Below are positions 1-12,018 of a stretch of 64,000 nucleotides of DNA, one piece after another (the stretch's first letter is position 1; every line of letters begins with the position of its first letter). The notes below the pieces were generated by a model, which saw only the letters and a list, made by a program, of their open reading frames with translations, did not search any database and was not told the origin of the DNA. The translations under genes were made by a program, and so were the position numbers. Origin of the DNA: Albugo candida (taxonomy: Eukaryota); assembly GCA_040437565.1 (NCBI GenBank), contig JBDOQK010000062.1, positions 62,001 to 126,000 on the forward strand, written 5' to 3'.

Positions 1-41
1 CGAGCAGTCCCCGCTCAAAATACCGGTATAACCGGTTTTTT

Positions 42-1211
42 CTATTGCGATGTACGACCACGCAATGTATCCATTCCGTCGACAGCTCCAGCGACATTGA
101 GGATCGCATCGTACCATGAAACAGGAAACAGACGTATCAGGAAAAATAGCCACGGATACAGCATTCCTCTCCATCCACTCGCACACGAGATCAAAAGCGA
201 TTCACCACGAGTCATTGCGTTGAAAATGTTGCTTGCAACTTCTTCTTTGTCCAGCATTGGAGTCAGAAATTGTGAGATCTTCTTCTTCAGTGAGTCACCC
301 TCAAATGCACCTGCAAACATTCCCGTGTTCACTGCAATCGGACACACGAGCAGAGTACGAATGTGATCAAGTCCATCATGCTGAAGCTCCAAACGCACTA
401 AAGCGTCAAAATGTCAGTAAACCTTGCCTGCTACCTCAAATCTCGTACAGCTTTCGTGGAGTCCAATAGAAGCGGCTTTACTGGCGCAATAATCGCTCAA
501 TTTTGCACTGGAAACGAATCCCAACTGCATGAAAGAGGTGATGAGATATATAACTCTTCGCAGGTTACGAATTCTTACAATGGATGACACCGTCACAATC
601 ATCGCTTCTTTTGATTGTTTTAAAGAGGGTAATGCATGTTGAAGGATCCAGAATTGACCAAACACATTCACCTGAAAAGTTTGTCGAATTTGCTTGGTTG
701 TGAGGTCTTCCAGCTTGCATCCCGTGACAATCCCTAATGCCCACGCTCAGCATCGACATGTCCAATGCAGTATCCACGTACCCGCATTATTAATCACCAC
801 AGAAATCGGATGAGGAGCAACATCGCTTTTGATTTGGTCCATGCATTTGGCCACAGCGCTGAGAGAACAATTAGCGACAATAACCGCAGTGTACGACGCT
901 CACCTTTCATCCCCAATGTCACATTGATACGTACATACTCTCACGTTCCTTCCTTCCGTTAAGCTCTTCTCGACGCGTTCCAATCCTTCTCTGTCGATAT
1001 CAATCAAAACTAGAGTGATACCATCGAGTTGATCGCATAATTTGCGTGCTAAACACTGTCCCAATCCATTCGCTGCGCCCGTGATAACAATCACACGTTC
1101 ATTCGGTGCGGTTCTGTTGAAGAGTTCGACACGAGAGCTCTTCCTCCGCAGCCAATAAACCGCAACTACCGTCAGAATTGTAATAAAACCAGTCGCGTAG
1201 TCAGACAACAT
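42..1211 (-). CDS. Short-chain dehydrogenase/reductase, retinol dehydrogenase-like, multi-exon (paralog 1)
   Basis: N-terminal hydrophobic anchor, Rossmann motif TGAANGLG, NNAG and catalytic YCASK motifs spread over exons separated by short introns. ATG at 1211. Confidence 0.85.
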
Positions 1212-1358
1212 CGAAACTTTAAATGGCAATTTGCACTGCAACTACGTATCAAAATCAAAAATGAAAAATTGAAAAGAAGGGCTGCAGGAAACCCTTTGAA
1301 AACCGAATCGCTGCGTAATAAGAAAAACACTGAACTTTATTCATCCAATTTTTTGATA

Positions 1359-3032
1359 TCACGCAAGCAGACCCCAAAAAAAGGCAAAAAATGTGATTGC
1401 AAACAGCTGAGAGGCTTGTATTTGGGTGCATAATGAAGCTGGAAGGAATTCAGGGTACTGATTCGGAGTCGATGGTTCGAGTTGTTGACGATTGAAACTG
1501 GAGCGCGATACAGCAGATGGCTTGACAACCTGTTGTTTAGCGATTTTGACTGCGCGCATAGCGTCAATGAGCCCGTGACCCAGCGCATTATTGGGGTATT
1601 CCGTCTCGGAAATGTTTCCGCAGTCGTACCCTGAGCTTTTAAGGGATTCCGTGGTGACAGAAGTGAGTAAGAGATCAAACAGCTGCATGCTTGTGAGGTT
1701 GGGATTCGCACTTAACGCCAGAGCAGCGACGCCTGCAACATGAGGTGCAGCCATACTCGTCCCAGTCTGTGTCCCATACGCGTCGTCCGAAAATGGGAGA
1801 GCTGAAAGGATGTCGTCTCCGGGTGCACATACGTCCGGTTTGATACGTGGTGTTCCATTTCCGCTGCTTTCAGTCGTATTTAGTGCACTGGGACCTTTGC
1901 CGCTGTACCATCCGATAGAACCGTCGAGTGTCATTGCGCCGACTGCAATCACATTTTCAAAATCGCCGGGCGCCACTGTCGATTCACACGCTGGGCCGTA
2001 ATTCCCATTGGCAAAGATGGGGAAAATATCGGCTTCGATCCAAACGCTAATGATAGTTTTCAGAAAATCAGATGAGAGGCTTCCGCCCCAGCTATTATTT
2101 ATGATATGTGGCGCTTTCGTGCAATCGGCCGAGTGAGAATTCGAGCGCATGTCTATCGGACACGTCATAAACTGAGCACATGCGAGTAGCGCGGACTCGG
2201 AGCAGTCTGTTGGCGTGCAGGCTTTACATGCGATCCATTGTGCACCAGGAGCGACTCCGATTCCTTCGAGTCCGACCATTATTCCGACAGTATGAGTGCC
2301 ATGCCCCAAGTCGTCGTAAGGCTCTTCCAAGCCATTCACTGCATCCATCCAGCCGTATTCTTCTCGGTAGTTGGCTGCGAGAGCCTCGTGGGTCGCACGA
2401 ACTCCGCTATCGATGCTACCCACGACGACATGTTGTCCACTGACTCCAAGTTTCCACGCATCATCAGCTCCGATTCGTTTCACGCCCCATGCTCCCAGTG
2501 AATGATTGACACTATGATCGGGGTTTTGTGTGATCGGCTTCATCATTGGAATGATTCGTTCGGGTCGTATTTCAGCGACATTTGAAATATTTGCAATTTG
2601 GCTCAAAAGATCGACGGAATTGGCTTCCAATGCGACTTGATTAGTGAGCCAAAAGCTCTCAAACGATAAATTGGATGATTCATTGGCGTTCGAAAGTGTG
2701 ATGTGATTGACATTCTCATTCAATACGGCTTTCACTTGTCGTTGGCGATCGATTGCATGCGAGCGAAGTCGTTGGACCACATTTTGAAGCTTATCCTCAC
2801 GTGAGGTCGAACGCGTTGTCTGAAGAACCGCTTGCTGATTCAATGAATTCATTACTGGGCGTATTCCCGACTTGAACGTTATGATCACTTTGGAGACTCC
2901 ATGCTCCTGAAGCTGTCGATACACTTTTGGATGGATTTTACATTGAGCGATAGAGAGGACTGTTAGAAGACCCACGAAAAAGCGGATGGGAGACATTTGA
3001 CGTCGATGTAAAAATGCATGTGGCAGAGCCAT
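1359..3032 (-). CDS. Subtilisin-like serine protease (S8) with signal peptide, prodomain and hydrophobic C-terminal tail
   Basis: Intronless 557-aa ORF with catalytic triad motifs IDSGV, HGTH and GTSMAAPHVAG, plus oxyanion motif ANGN. Confidence 0.92.
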   Translation of the reverse strand: MALPHAFLHRRQMSPIRFFVGLLTVLSIAQCKIHPKVYRQLQEHGVSKVIITFKSGIRPVMNSLNQQAVLQTTRSTSREDKLQNVVQRLRSHAIDRQRQVKAVLNENVNHITLSNANESSNLSFESFWLTNQVALEANSVDLLSQIANISNVAEIRPERIIPMMKPITQNPDHSVNHSLGAWGVKRIGADDAWKLGVSGQHVVVGSIDSGVRATHEALAANYREEYGWMDAVNGLEEPYDDLGHGTHTVGIMVGLEGIGVAPGAQWIACKACTPTDCSESALLACAQFMTCPIDMRSNSHSADCTKAPHIINNSWGGSLSSDFLKTIISVWIEADIFPIFANGNYGPACESTVAPGDFENVIAVGAMTLDGSIGWYSGKGPSALNTTESSGNGTPRIKPDVCAPGDDILSALPFSDDAYGTQTGTSMAAPHVAGVAALALSANPNLTSMQLFDLLLTSVTTESLKSSGYDCGNISETEYPNNALGHGLIDAMRAVKIAKQQVVKPSAVSRSSFNRQQLEPSTPNQYPEFLPASLCTQIQASQLFAITFFAFFWGLLA

Positions 3033-3212
3033 CGGAAGCGAAACGAATCAAATTTGTATGAGAAACTAAATTCGACCGCTCAGAGCCGAAACCGACTCAT
3101 TTCAAAAAGGAACTCGAATGAATTTTATCGTTCCAAAAAAATAGTATCGTGCAATTAAGCTCAATTACAACACGCTCATAAAGTCGCCCAGCGCTAAAAC
3201 AGCATTTCGACG

Positions 3213-4434
3213 TTATTTGCTCCGCTTCACTTTCTCTGTGGCTTGAGGTCCTATGAAGGTATCCATACCGTGTTTTCCTCCGGCCAGGCCGATGATCCAG
3301 TCAAAGAAGGAAACTGGAAGGCACCGAATGAGATACAGCATCCATGGGTATGCGAATCCTCTCCATCCACCCGCACATGAAATCAAAATCTGATCTTCTG
3401 CGATCATCGCCTCAAAAATACGATGTGCCACTTGAGTCACATCAAGCAGAGGACTTACAAATCGCGTGAGTTTCTTGGAAAATTCATTGCCTTGGAACGC
3501 TCCAGCAAACATTCCAGTGTCCACACCAATTGGACAGACTAGCAGCATTTTTATTCGGTCGTTTGAATGCAATTCCAATCGCACTGGACACAGAGAGATT
3601 GTTGAGGGAAGGCTTTGAGTATGAGGCTTTTTCTCGTACAACTCTCATGGAAGGCGATAAGCGCTGCTTTGCTGGCACAATAGTCGGTTAGTTTGGCACT
3701 GGGAACCAATCCTAGCTGTTCGAGAAGGAGAGCGGTCGGATTAGTGCGTTAAGAGTTGGTCGAAGGCTTACGACGGAAGAGATGGTTACGATGTGTGCTA
3801 CTTTTGACATTTTCAATGAGGGAAGTATACATTGAAGTATCCAAAAGTGCGATAGGATGTTGACGTCAAAAACGCGACGTATTTGACAAGAAGTTAATGT
3901 TTGAAATTGACGACCCACTACTATTCCTGTACATAAAATTAGGATACAGCGGAGGGATGGTACGTGACAATGCGCACCTGCATTATTTATAATTGCTGTA
4001 ACCGATAGTGGTGCGATATCCTGCAGAATGTTATGAAAACAAGTTTGTACTTCTCTACACAGAGCGATCATAAAACTTAAAACGATATTATACGGTAGTA
4101 TGACTTATAAGACCTACGATTCATTTCCAATATCGCACGCATACGTTCGAACATCGTGATGTGGTGCGTTTGGAAGGGTAGAGACTAGATCATCCATCCC
4201 CTTCTCGTCAATGTCGATGAGAATTAACAATAGGTGATCGAGCTGCTCCCATAGTTTAAGCGACAACGATAGCCCGATCCCGTGTGCCGCTCCAGTGATT
4301 AAAATCACCTGATGGTTCCGTCTCCATTTCGCGAGATGCTGTACTCGCGCATTCACACGGTGCAACTTTGTATAAGCGTAACAAACAGCAAGCGCAAGAA
4401 GGATCCAGTATCCATAATCTATTAAACCTTGCAT
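3213..4434 (-). CDS. Short-chain dehydrogenase/reductase, multi-exon (paralog 2)
   Basis: TGAAHGIG, INNAG and DYCASK motifs. C-terminal exon LLVCPIGVDTGMFAGAF closely matches paralog 1. Confidence 0.85.
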
Positions 4435-5228
4435 TTCGTAAATGTAATTAGCCAATACGTGACGAGATCACACGGCACCATTGCGCAAGATTCGAAGAAC
4501 TGGCTTGCTGGCAAAGCAGTACCTAAGAGCCAGCTTGATGAGCAACGTTGAACGTAAAAGGTAAGCAGCCGAGTGCGATCGAGAGTGTACACAAGGATCA
4601 ATCATGTTGTTACAGTTATACAGGAACAGAAGAACGAAAGTACTCGAATAAAGTAAAACGGAAAAGAGGTACTTTAATTTATTATGGAGCCGATTGAAAT
4701 TCGATCTCATATGTCAGTGCCAATGACACGTACGATGTGTACTTACTCTTGACTTCCGCACGTGTACAATCACCCCATCTGTCTTATCACGCTTACAATC
4801 AAAATTCAGTCGTTGACATCACCGAAAACTGGGTCCTAGTCGCTTGGCATAATCGTTATTGCCGATTATCAACCTTATAAACGCACGGACTTGGTTTTAT
4901 TGTATAGGGGTGACTCTATACCAGATCAGTGCAGCTAAGTGCGCCCATCACAGCACACTATTACTAGAGCTACCTTCTTAGAAAAGCCAGATCACACTGG
5001 ATAAAAATGTCAGTAGATTTGAAATCCCTCTTTTTCCTAACAATGCGTCTAAACCAACCCTTCTGATATAAGTATAAATACATAGAGGTACAAAGGGTTG
5101 TGGTAAGGCGCACCGTTTTTCCCGCATTTGTACTGGCTTCTTCACATTCGCAAACTTGAATCTGCACAGTGCAGTCTTTTCAAACCAAATCATTCACACT
5201 CATCGAACAAACTGTGCACTCTGACATA

Positions 5229-5756
5229 ATGGCGGTTGAGATTGAGATCGCACCAAGAAGACTGGTATCTTCGTATACGTTTTGTATCACAGCTACAGGT
5301 GAATCGAATTCGCTCCCTGAGTCAAATCGCTGTCGATACAAGACTGGGAAATGTATCAATATGCGCTCACAGAAAAGGAATGGACAACCGCATCATCTTT
5401 GTCGCTATCATCGGGAGAAAGCCAATCGCATACAACGAAAATTTGATCGACAAAAACGAGAAAGTGGACGGACACGAAGAGTGGCCTCACGAGAGACTTT
5501 TACCACCGATAGATATGAAGGTCCGGCCCTGCCCCATAAAACTCAAGTGTCCACAGATATTAAAGGATTCTCGGATTCTGATTCCAGTCGATTCTCTAAT
5601 GACAGTGACGCCAGCATGCTAGGAGACTTGTGGAAGGAAATACCAAAAGCTGTGGTGGATTTGTATTCGACTACAGTGACTCAAGGAGGTCTAGTCACGA
5701 ATGACCAGTTCTCTTACGATGAATTAGTCTTTCTACGCTCGGCAATTATGGACTAG
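5229..5756 (+). CDS. Small protein with oomycete-type Cys/His basic domain (putative zinc-binding DNA-binding protein)
   Basis: Motif CRYKTGKCINMRSQKRNGQPHHLCRYHREKANRIQRKF followed by a basic helix and an acidic C-terminus. Confidence 0.7.
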   Translation: MAVEIEIAPRRLVSSYTFCITATGESNSLPESNRCRYKTGKCINMRSQKRNGQPHHLCRYHREKANRIQRKFDRQKRESGRTRRVASRETFTTDRYEGPALPHKTQVSTDIKGFSDSDSSRFSNDSDASMLGDLWKEIPKAVVDLYSTTVTQGGLVTNDQFSYDELVFLRSAIMD

Positions 5757-6196
5757 CAGTGCAGATGGTTTTTAAAGACATTATTATAAAATTATGCAAG
5801 TGATTGTGGTCCGTCATTAGCAACCTATGCGTAAGGGAAACGCAGTATCGAAACGGCTATGAACGAAATTTAGCTCATATAAATGACGATACAGTATTAT
5901 AAATTGCATGTCAATCACTATGTTTGAATACGATGTGTTTATTAGTTTCAGCATTGTTTTTCGTGATATTGGATGTTGCCCTTGATCATCTACGTGTATA
6001 TACTTATTCAAAATATGTGTCAAGTGTACTATAACACTCACGATACCAACACATCAGACTGGTAGACAATCACCGTCAAGACATTATTGATCTGGTCCCA
6101 ATCGCACCGATCATGATACCTCGCTGTTGCGCACTAGGGGAAGGGGAACGTTTAAATATTCTCACTGTCGTTACACCACATAATATGCGCACCGTC

Positions 6197-8818
6197 TCAC
6201 ATAGGGACGATTTTATGCGTACCGGTATGACTTGACATCACCCACGTGTCAGATAATGTCGTGGGACGGTACCGGAACGCATTCACAACACCCAACAAGT
6301 GTACCGCTTTCTCGGACGCTTTGACCATGATAGAAGCGCTTCTATCCGTTTTTGGAGGTGGACTTGCGGCACGCACACTTGGACCCTGGACTCTATCGTT
6401 TCTATAATATAATATTTGGAGTTGAGTTAGCCATTCGACAGTTTGTTTGATGGTTTCTTTACATAGAGCCTCTGCATATATAATTTCATTCTTGAAGAGC
6501 ATATTTTCAGCAAGTTGTTGCGCTTTTCTGATAAATTCTTCATAACCCATCTCTTTACCCTCACTACATTCACAAGCTGCTTGCACTGTAACCCACATCA
6601 CGTCAAGTAGTGGCCATAAAAACGATAGATTGAACTGCACAAGACGGCATCGTTTCCAAGCACTCCAATCGATCGAGTATACCTTAGATGCCTCTGTACT
6701 TAATATACTCACACATTCAAGCCTTGCAAGCAATGTCTCCACTTCAGGTATACAGATTTTCGGATTGGGATGATAGACAAGCTGGCTTAAAAACCGCAAT
6801 AGAAATTGAGTCGTTGGTAGTAGTTCTACATGATGAATGGCAGTCGTGTTTGTACTCCAAATTCCGTTCCTAACATTTGCGCGGAAAGAGTGGATGGCTC
6901 CAAATACAGCCATTTGAGGTACAAAGTGGTGTGCAAGTTGATTCCGATAATAATCGATCTCTAAAATGTGGGATGGCGGCATTCCTGATGGCAAGAAACA
7001 GATTTTAGTGCCGTGAATGGGCAAATCTAGTATTGATACTGCAGGCTTCCATATTTTATGCAAGTCATCCGAGAGGTGTGTTGTTGGAATGTGTCGAAGA
7101 TTGAGTTCCTTTATTAACCAATCGATATACGCTTCTAATACATCACAACTCATAGAAGAACGTTTCCACAGCAAAATAGACGCGATAATAGAGGTACTTG
7201 TGACAGTGCAAAGTTGTTGTAACCGACATCCAATGATATCTGCGACGTTATCGACTTTATCTTGAGCTTGCAAAGCGACACTCTTTCCGAAACGAAGGTA
7301 CGCGCGCCCGCAATTTGTAGAGAACAAGTTCCTAACCGATCGAAACAAGTGATACAAACTCTCTCTCTGCTTTTTCTTCCCAAGTCGTTGATTGGCGTAT
7401 TCTTTCACTTCCAAAATACGGTCATAATCAAGTGAAATAGGCACAAGCCAAATTGTTTTGGGCTTTTCCTGATTTCGAGGAAGTCGTACGTAATCGTGGA
7501 GTAATGACAAAAAACCCATTTTGAGCTGACTCACTCGACCCACACGAGACCGACCACCTTCCAAAAACACTTCGAGGGGGTTGTTATCGTCTACGAGCTC
7601 ATGAACGTAGGCTGATAAAATGCATTTATATAGCACATCATTTCCCCAGCTCCGGCGCATGAAGAAGCTGCCATTAGCACGCAGAAAAGTTCCAACAATA
7701 GGAAGGTCCATGTTGTCTCCGGCCGCTATACGAGGAATGGGAAGACCATATGCGAAACAGAGATAGCTGATTATCAGATAATCCAGATGCGTTTTGTGAG
7801 TTGGAATGTAAATCATTCCGAAATGGCATCCTTCCTTCTTCGCTTGAGCAATCAAAGCATGGATACTTTGGATTCCAACGATATCAACGTCAATGCCTTG
7901 GAATAAGACACGCCAGAGTTTGGATAAAAGCCAGCCGAAAAATCGCACTGCAGGGAAATACAAATTGGAATGCAGTTTTGCCAGTACTATTCGGATGGAT
8001 TGGGTTTCGCGGTCCAGGACCGATTGAGATGTTCGTAACCGGTTTAGTACATTCCGACAATGTGTGTTGGAACTCAAAGATGGTCGCTCTTGCAGATTTT
8101 GATTGCATCTGGAGCACATACTGAAGATAATATCGAAGCAATTGCGATGGAAGAATTTTTTATTTGATTGTTCGACGACAGTCTGCTTGACCACGTGGTC
8201 CCAGAAACAACGTTCTTTGACAGTTGCCAGTAGCCATGATCTATTCACTATGTTCACGAAACGAGGTGTGCTGTATTCAACAGCTTGGTGGGCTCGAGTC
8301 TGCGCTGTATGTCGGAGAATGTTCAATCGATCTGAGCCAGAAGCATGGCATGTCTCGTCTGTAAATAAGGTTGGACACGCTATTTTGGGAAAAATGGGTG
8401 GTCGACCTAAATGGTGTCTTGACCACAAAAAATGGTTATTGCTGGACTTTGCTTTTAGTAAATGAACGGTACTTTGTCGATTCGAATCACCGCGATTGAC
8501 TTCTACATCAGTAACTTCAACTGCATTGGGCCACGTGGTTGGCCATATCGTCTCGTTTTGTTTTCTATCTGATCTCGCACATTTTTGCCGACGAGATAAT
8601 GTAAACTTATTGAAATTTGCGTAATCTTTGCGCTTAGGTATCCGAAAGGTTCTCTCGCTATCGTTCAAGTACTCTGTCTGATTGGGATGTATACCACCAC
8701 GGCAGTGTCGATATGTGGTTGTTTTTTTGCCCTTGATTTTTTTCCGGGTTGAAACACGTTTGCTGTCAGCGTGTGCAATAGAACTTCTAACCGGAATTTG
8801 GCTACTTTTGTCAGGCAT
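6197..8818 (-). CDS. Glycerol-3-phosphate/DHAP acyltransferase (PlsB/GPAT family)
   Basis: 873-aa ORF with acyltransferase blocks PTHKTHLDY (HX4D), GSFFMRR, FLEGGRSRVG and VPISLDYD. Confidence 0.88.
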   Translation of the reverse strand: MPDKSSQIPVRSSIAHADSKRVSTRKKIKGKKTTTYRHCRGGIHPNQTEYLNDSERTFRIPKRKDYANFNKFTLSRRQKCARSDRKQNETIWPTTWPNAVEVTDVEVNRGDSNRQSTVHLLKAKSSNNHFLWSRHHLGRPPIFPKIACPTLFTDETCHASGSDRLNILRHTAQTRAHQAVEYSTPRFVNIVNRSWLLATVKERCFWDHVVKQTVVEQSNKKFFHRNCFDIIFSMCSRCNQNLQERPSLSSNTHCRNVLNRLRTSQSVLDRETQSIRIVLAKLHSNLYFPAVRFFGWLLSKLWRVLFQGIDVDIVGIQSIHALIAQAKKEGCHFGMIYIPTHKTHLDYLIISYLCFAYGLPIPRIAAGDNMDLPIVGTFLRANGSFFMRRSWGNDVLYKCILSAYVHELVDDNNPLEVFLEGGRSRVGRVSQLKMGFLSLLHDYVRLPRNQEKPKTIWLVPISLDYDRILEVKEYANQRLGKKKQRESLYHLFRSVRNLFSTNCGRAYLRFGKSVALQAQDKVDNVADIIGCRLQQLCTVTSTSIIASILLWKRSSMSCDVLEAYIDWLIKELNLRHIPTTHLSDDLHKIWKPAVSILDLPIHGTKICFLPSGMPPSHILEIDYYRNQLAHHFVPQMAVFGAIHSFRANVRNGIWSTNTTAIHHVELLPTTQFLLRFLSQLVYHPNPKICIPEVETLLARLECVSILSTEASKVYSIDWSAWKRCRLVQFNLSFLWPLLDVMWVTVQAACECSEGKEMGYEEFIRKAQQLAENMLFKNEIIYAEALCKETIKQTVEWLTQLQILYYRNDRVQGPSVRAASPPPKTDRSASIMVKASEKAVHLLGVVNAFRYRPTTLSDTWVMSSHTGTHKIVPM

Positions 8819-9148
8819 TTGAGATCAGCTCTCCAACCTTGAACAGCGGCTTGTATTTTGGATTATATTTGTGACAACCGTCCAAGCTTGTATTGTGGAT
8901 GTATCAGTACTATAATTTTTGCGACTCGTAATCGAGGCAATACGGTGATCAGACATACTACTATTGTGGGAAACATTGCAAAAGGTAATACGCCAGAGCA
9001 AAAGTGGATCTTGCCCTATCGATATAATGTCTGAAAGGTGAAATCAATTGCGGCTTCCTCAATCGACCAGTTGCATGTTTGTATGTTTGTGTACAACTGA
9101 CTGATTTCTGATCACAATCGAACAAACAAAAAGTATACACACGCATCC

Positions 9149-11498
9149 ATGCAGGCGACACGATGTCAAACATGTGAGCATCCCACACGCAGCGAAATAC
9201 CCTTTTGTGCTGCTTTTATATCTTATTCCACGTGCAAGACCAATTTATCCTGGAAGGTTCTGGTACGTATGCTTAATCTTTGACCGCTTGCAACTCGCAA
9301 ACAGCAAACTTTCGATAGGATGAAGTTGCACGGCAATCGTACATGCGGATAATTTCTTCGCCTCCGACAACCATGGTGTCTCACGAGCTGTGTGCACAAT
9401 CCATCCGGCATATACAATGCGCGCGGTACTTTAGTGTCTGTGAGCTCGGTACTTCTCAGCTTCTGTGTCGGTCGGATTGTCAGAATGTAAGCACATGATG
9501 TTAATGAGGTTATGTTATGCTTAAGGTTATTCGCTTTTATAGTCAATAGCAGCCAATTGTACCTCCGACTCTGCTGATGCATTGCATTCGAATGCCACCA
9601 AGTGGAACACGTCCTTGGAACATTACGTGTGTGGAAATGATATACATCATGTTGGTGGGATCGTAGCTCCAGGTAAATGCTTCAAGTTAGCGTATAACGG
9701 CCCAGAACGAAGCGCCTGGGTACTTGGCTTTTCAATCGCTATCATATTCTCATTTCTCGCCAGGTACGATCACCAACTCTTCAATTATCTCTGAAAGTTG
9801 TATGTAATCTTGAATGCTAGTGTGGGTATTAATTTACAAAAAAAAGCTCTCAAGCAAAATGAGCTTAGTGCTAACGAACACGAACAGGATCCTCTGCCAG
9901 TTTATCGACTACCTCTCTGGATCGTTGGCTTCGTGTTGATCGTAGCTGGATCGATCCTAGATTTTGTGGCGTTCGGCCTGGCACCTCAGAGTCTATTGGC
10001 ACCGCTAGCGGCATTGACACTTGTGTGGAATATGGTAACTTATCTCTGCTACCTAACCGTCTTCTTTCTCATATTACCAACTCAGATGCTAGCACCATGT
10101 TTCAATAAAGAAAAACTCGAATGCAAAGACATTGTTGCAACACTCGTTATTTTCGCTGGCGCAACTTTGGCTGTGGTATTTGCATCACACACAACACCAT
10201 CTTATACCCTCACGATGCTTTTGACACTTTACGAAAACGTTCTCACATGTGAGGTGTTTTTTATGTCTCTCCTCATGTACTTATATCGTTCGTCATTTAG
10301 GTGTTTACTTTGCATTTGTAATTGTTTGCATCGTACTCCATTATGGAATGATCAAAGTGGTGGAAACATGCCACCTCAATACTCGACAGCATCATATGAT
10401 TGAGTTTGGGAGTCTAGCATTTTGGACACGAGTCCGTATGATCGGATACGCTGGGTATATCACACCTCAATGCGTGATTATTTGAGTGATCTCACATCCT
10501 CTTTGTAGTTTGGCTGGGACGCTTGGTGGGCAATCAGTACTCTTTGCGAAATCGTGCGCAGAGTTACTCAAGTCGAGTATGAGTGGGGACAGCCCCTTCA
10601 AACATTTTGAGACCTATGCGTTCATCGTCGCCTTATCATTCTGTCTTTTATTTCAAGTAGGCACTCGATTTTGCAATTGGTGAATTTTTCTTCATATGTT
10701 TTGTAGGTTCACTTTTTGAATTGTGGTTTACTTCATTTTGATGCGTTGTTGATGGTACCGGTGTACCAGGCGTACTGGATTGTGAGTAGTGTGCTGGGTG
10801 GAGCGATTTATTTTCAAGAAATTCGTAGTTTCTCAGTCGTGCAAGCGGCTTGTTTTGTTATTGGTATTACAACGACCATCGCAGGTGTTATTTTATTATC
10901 TCAACGAAAAATTGTACCGGAGTTGACCCGGAAAAAGTCTGGGACGACGCATCGAGAAATGTCCGCCGTCAAAAGCAACATATCTAACCACTCACTAAGT
11001 TCGGGCTCGAGTGACGATCGCAGTGACCGACCAAGTCGAGTATTGCCTTCATCAGCAGTCACAGAAGGCGGTGCCACGAGTGATCAACATGAGGAAATCG
11101 ACCGACTGAGGTACAAGGAGTGTCTAACGAGGGATGCAGAAGTTGAGGAGAGTAAAGCTTACGAGAGTGCGGAAGGTGTTTCCTTTACTGAGACGCATGA
11201 TGCAAGTCGAGTCAGTCGTCAAGCGATTGAAAATTATTTCGATATGTCTGCTGGCACTTGTATCACAGAACTTTTGGGTGAATTGGGTCTGGCGAGAGCA
11301 AGCCATGTCCCGTTGCATTTGCGTCGGTCTCAAACTCGGACTCCGCATCAAACGGTCGATGATATTGAAGTAGGTCTGCCAGCCTCAAGGAAAAATCCTA
11401 GAAATCCGCCGCCTAAAAGACGATCAATTACCTTTACAGCATTCCATCGGGGTAAACAATTCAGCGAAAACTCGCAAGGGAAACAAGATTCAAGCTGA
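9149..11498 (+). CDS. NIPA-family (DMT) Mg2+ transporter with N-terminal Frizzled-like cysteine-rich domain, multi-exon
   Basis: NIPA motifs GINLQKKA, DFVAFGLAPQSLLAPL, MNCGLLHFDALLMVPVY and GAIYFQE. Upstream exons 9149-9262, 9319-9486 and 9543-9763 join in frame through GT-AG introns. Confidence 0.8.
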
Positions 11499-12018
11499 TG
11501 TATTTCAACCAATACAAGCTGTGCCATTATTGTATATTGAATCTGTAACAGGAGTTCAGTGGACTTTGCCTAGTTCTCGGTTGATGTACGTCGAGACTTT
11601 ATAATTATAGCATAGGAATATAAACTTTGAAATGATTCCAGAAGGTGATGGAACACATCACATGTAAATTCTCGATCTCGCGTCCGGACCAGAAAAAGCG
11701 TTTCGGGTCTTTATTTATTTGAGCGCTTGTTCTTTCTGATCAGGGAAAATAACCCAAAACGCTATTCCGCACCTTAATCGCAGAAACCATAAAAGGTGAG
11801 AGGATTACCGGCACTCAAGTTTATTTTCTCTTAAAATCCGACAAAAGAGACATATTGAACTTTAAGCATTGCCTTTCTTGTTACTTTGGCACACTTCGTG
11901 GAGCCCCTGTATCACGCAACTAAGCTTTGATGGCCGGTAAGAAAAGCACGACATGTCTATAGCAATCATATTTTCAAGTATTTTATTATTGAGATATTAC
12001 AGCATATAACCGACCAGA

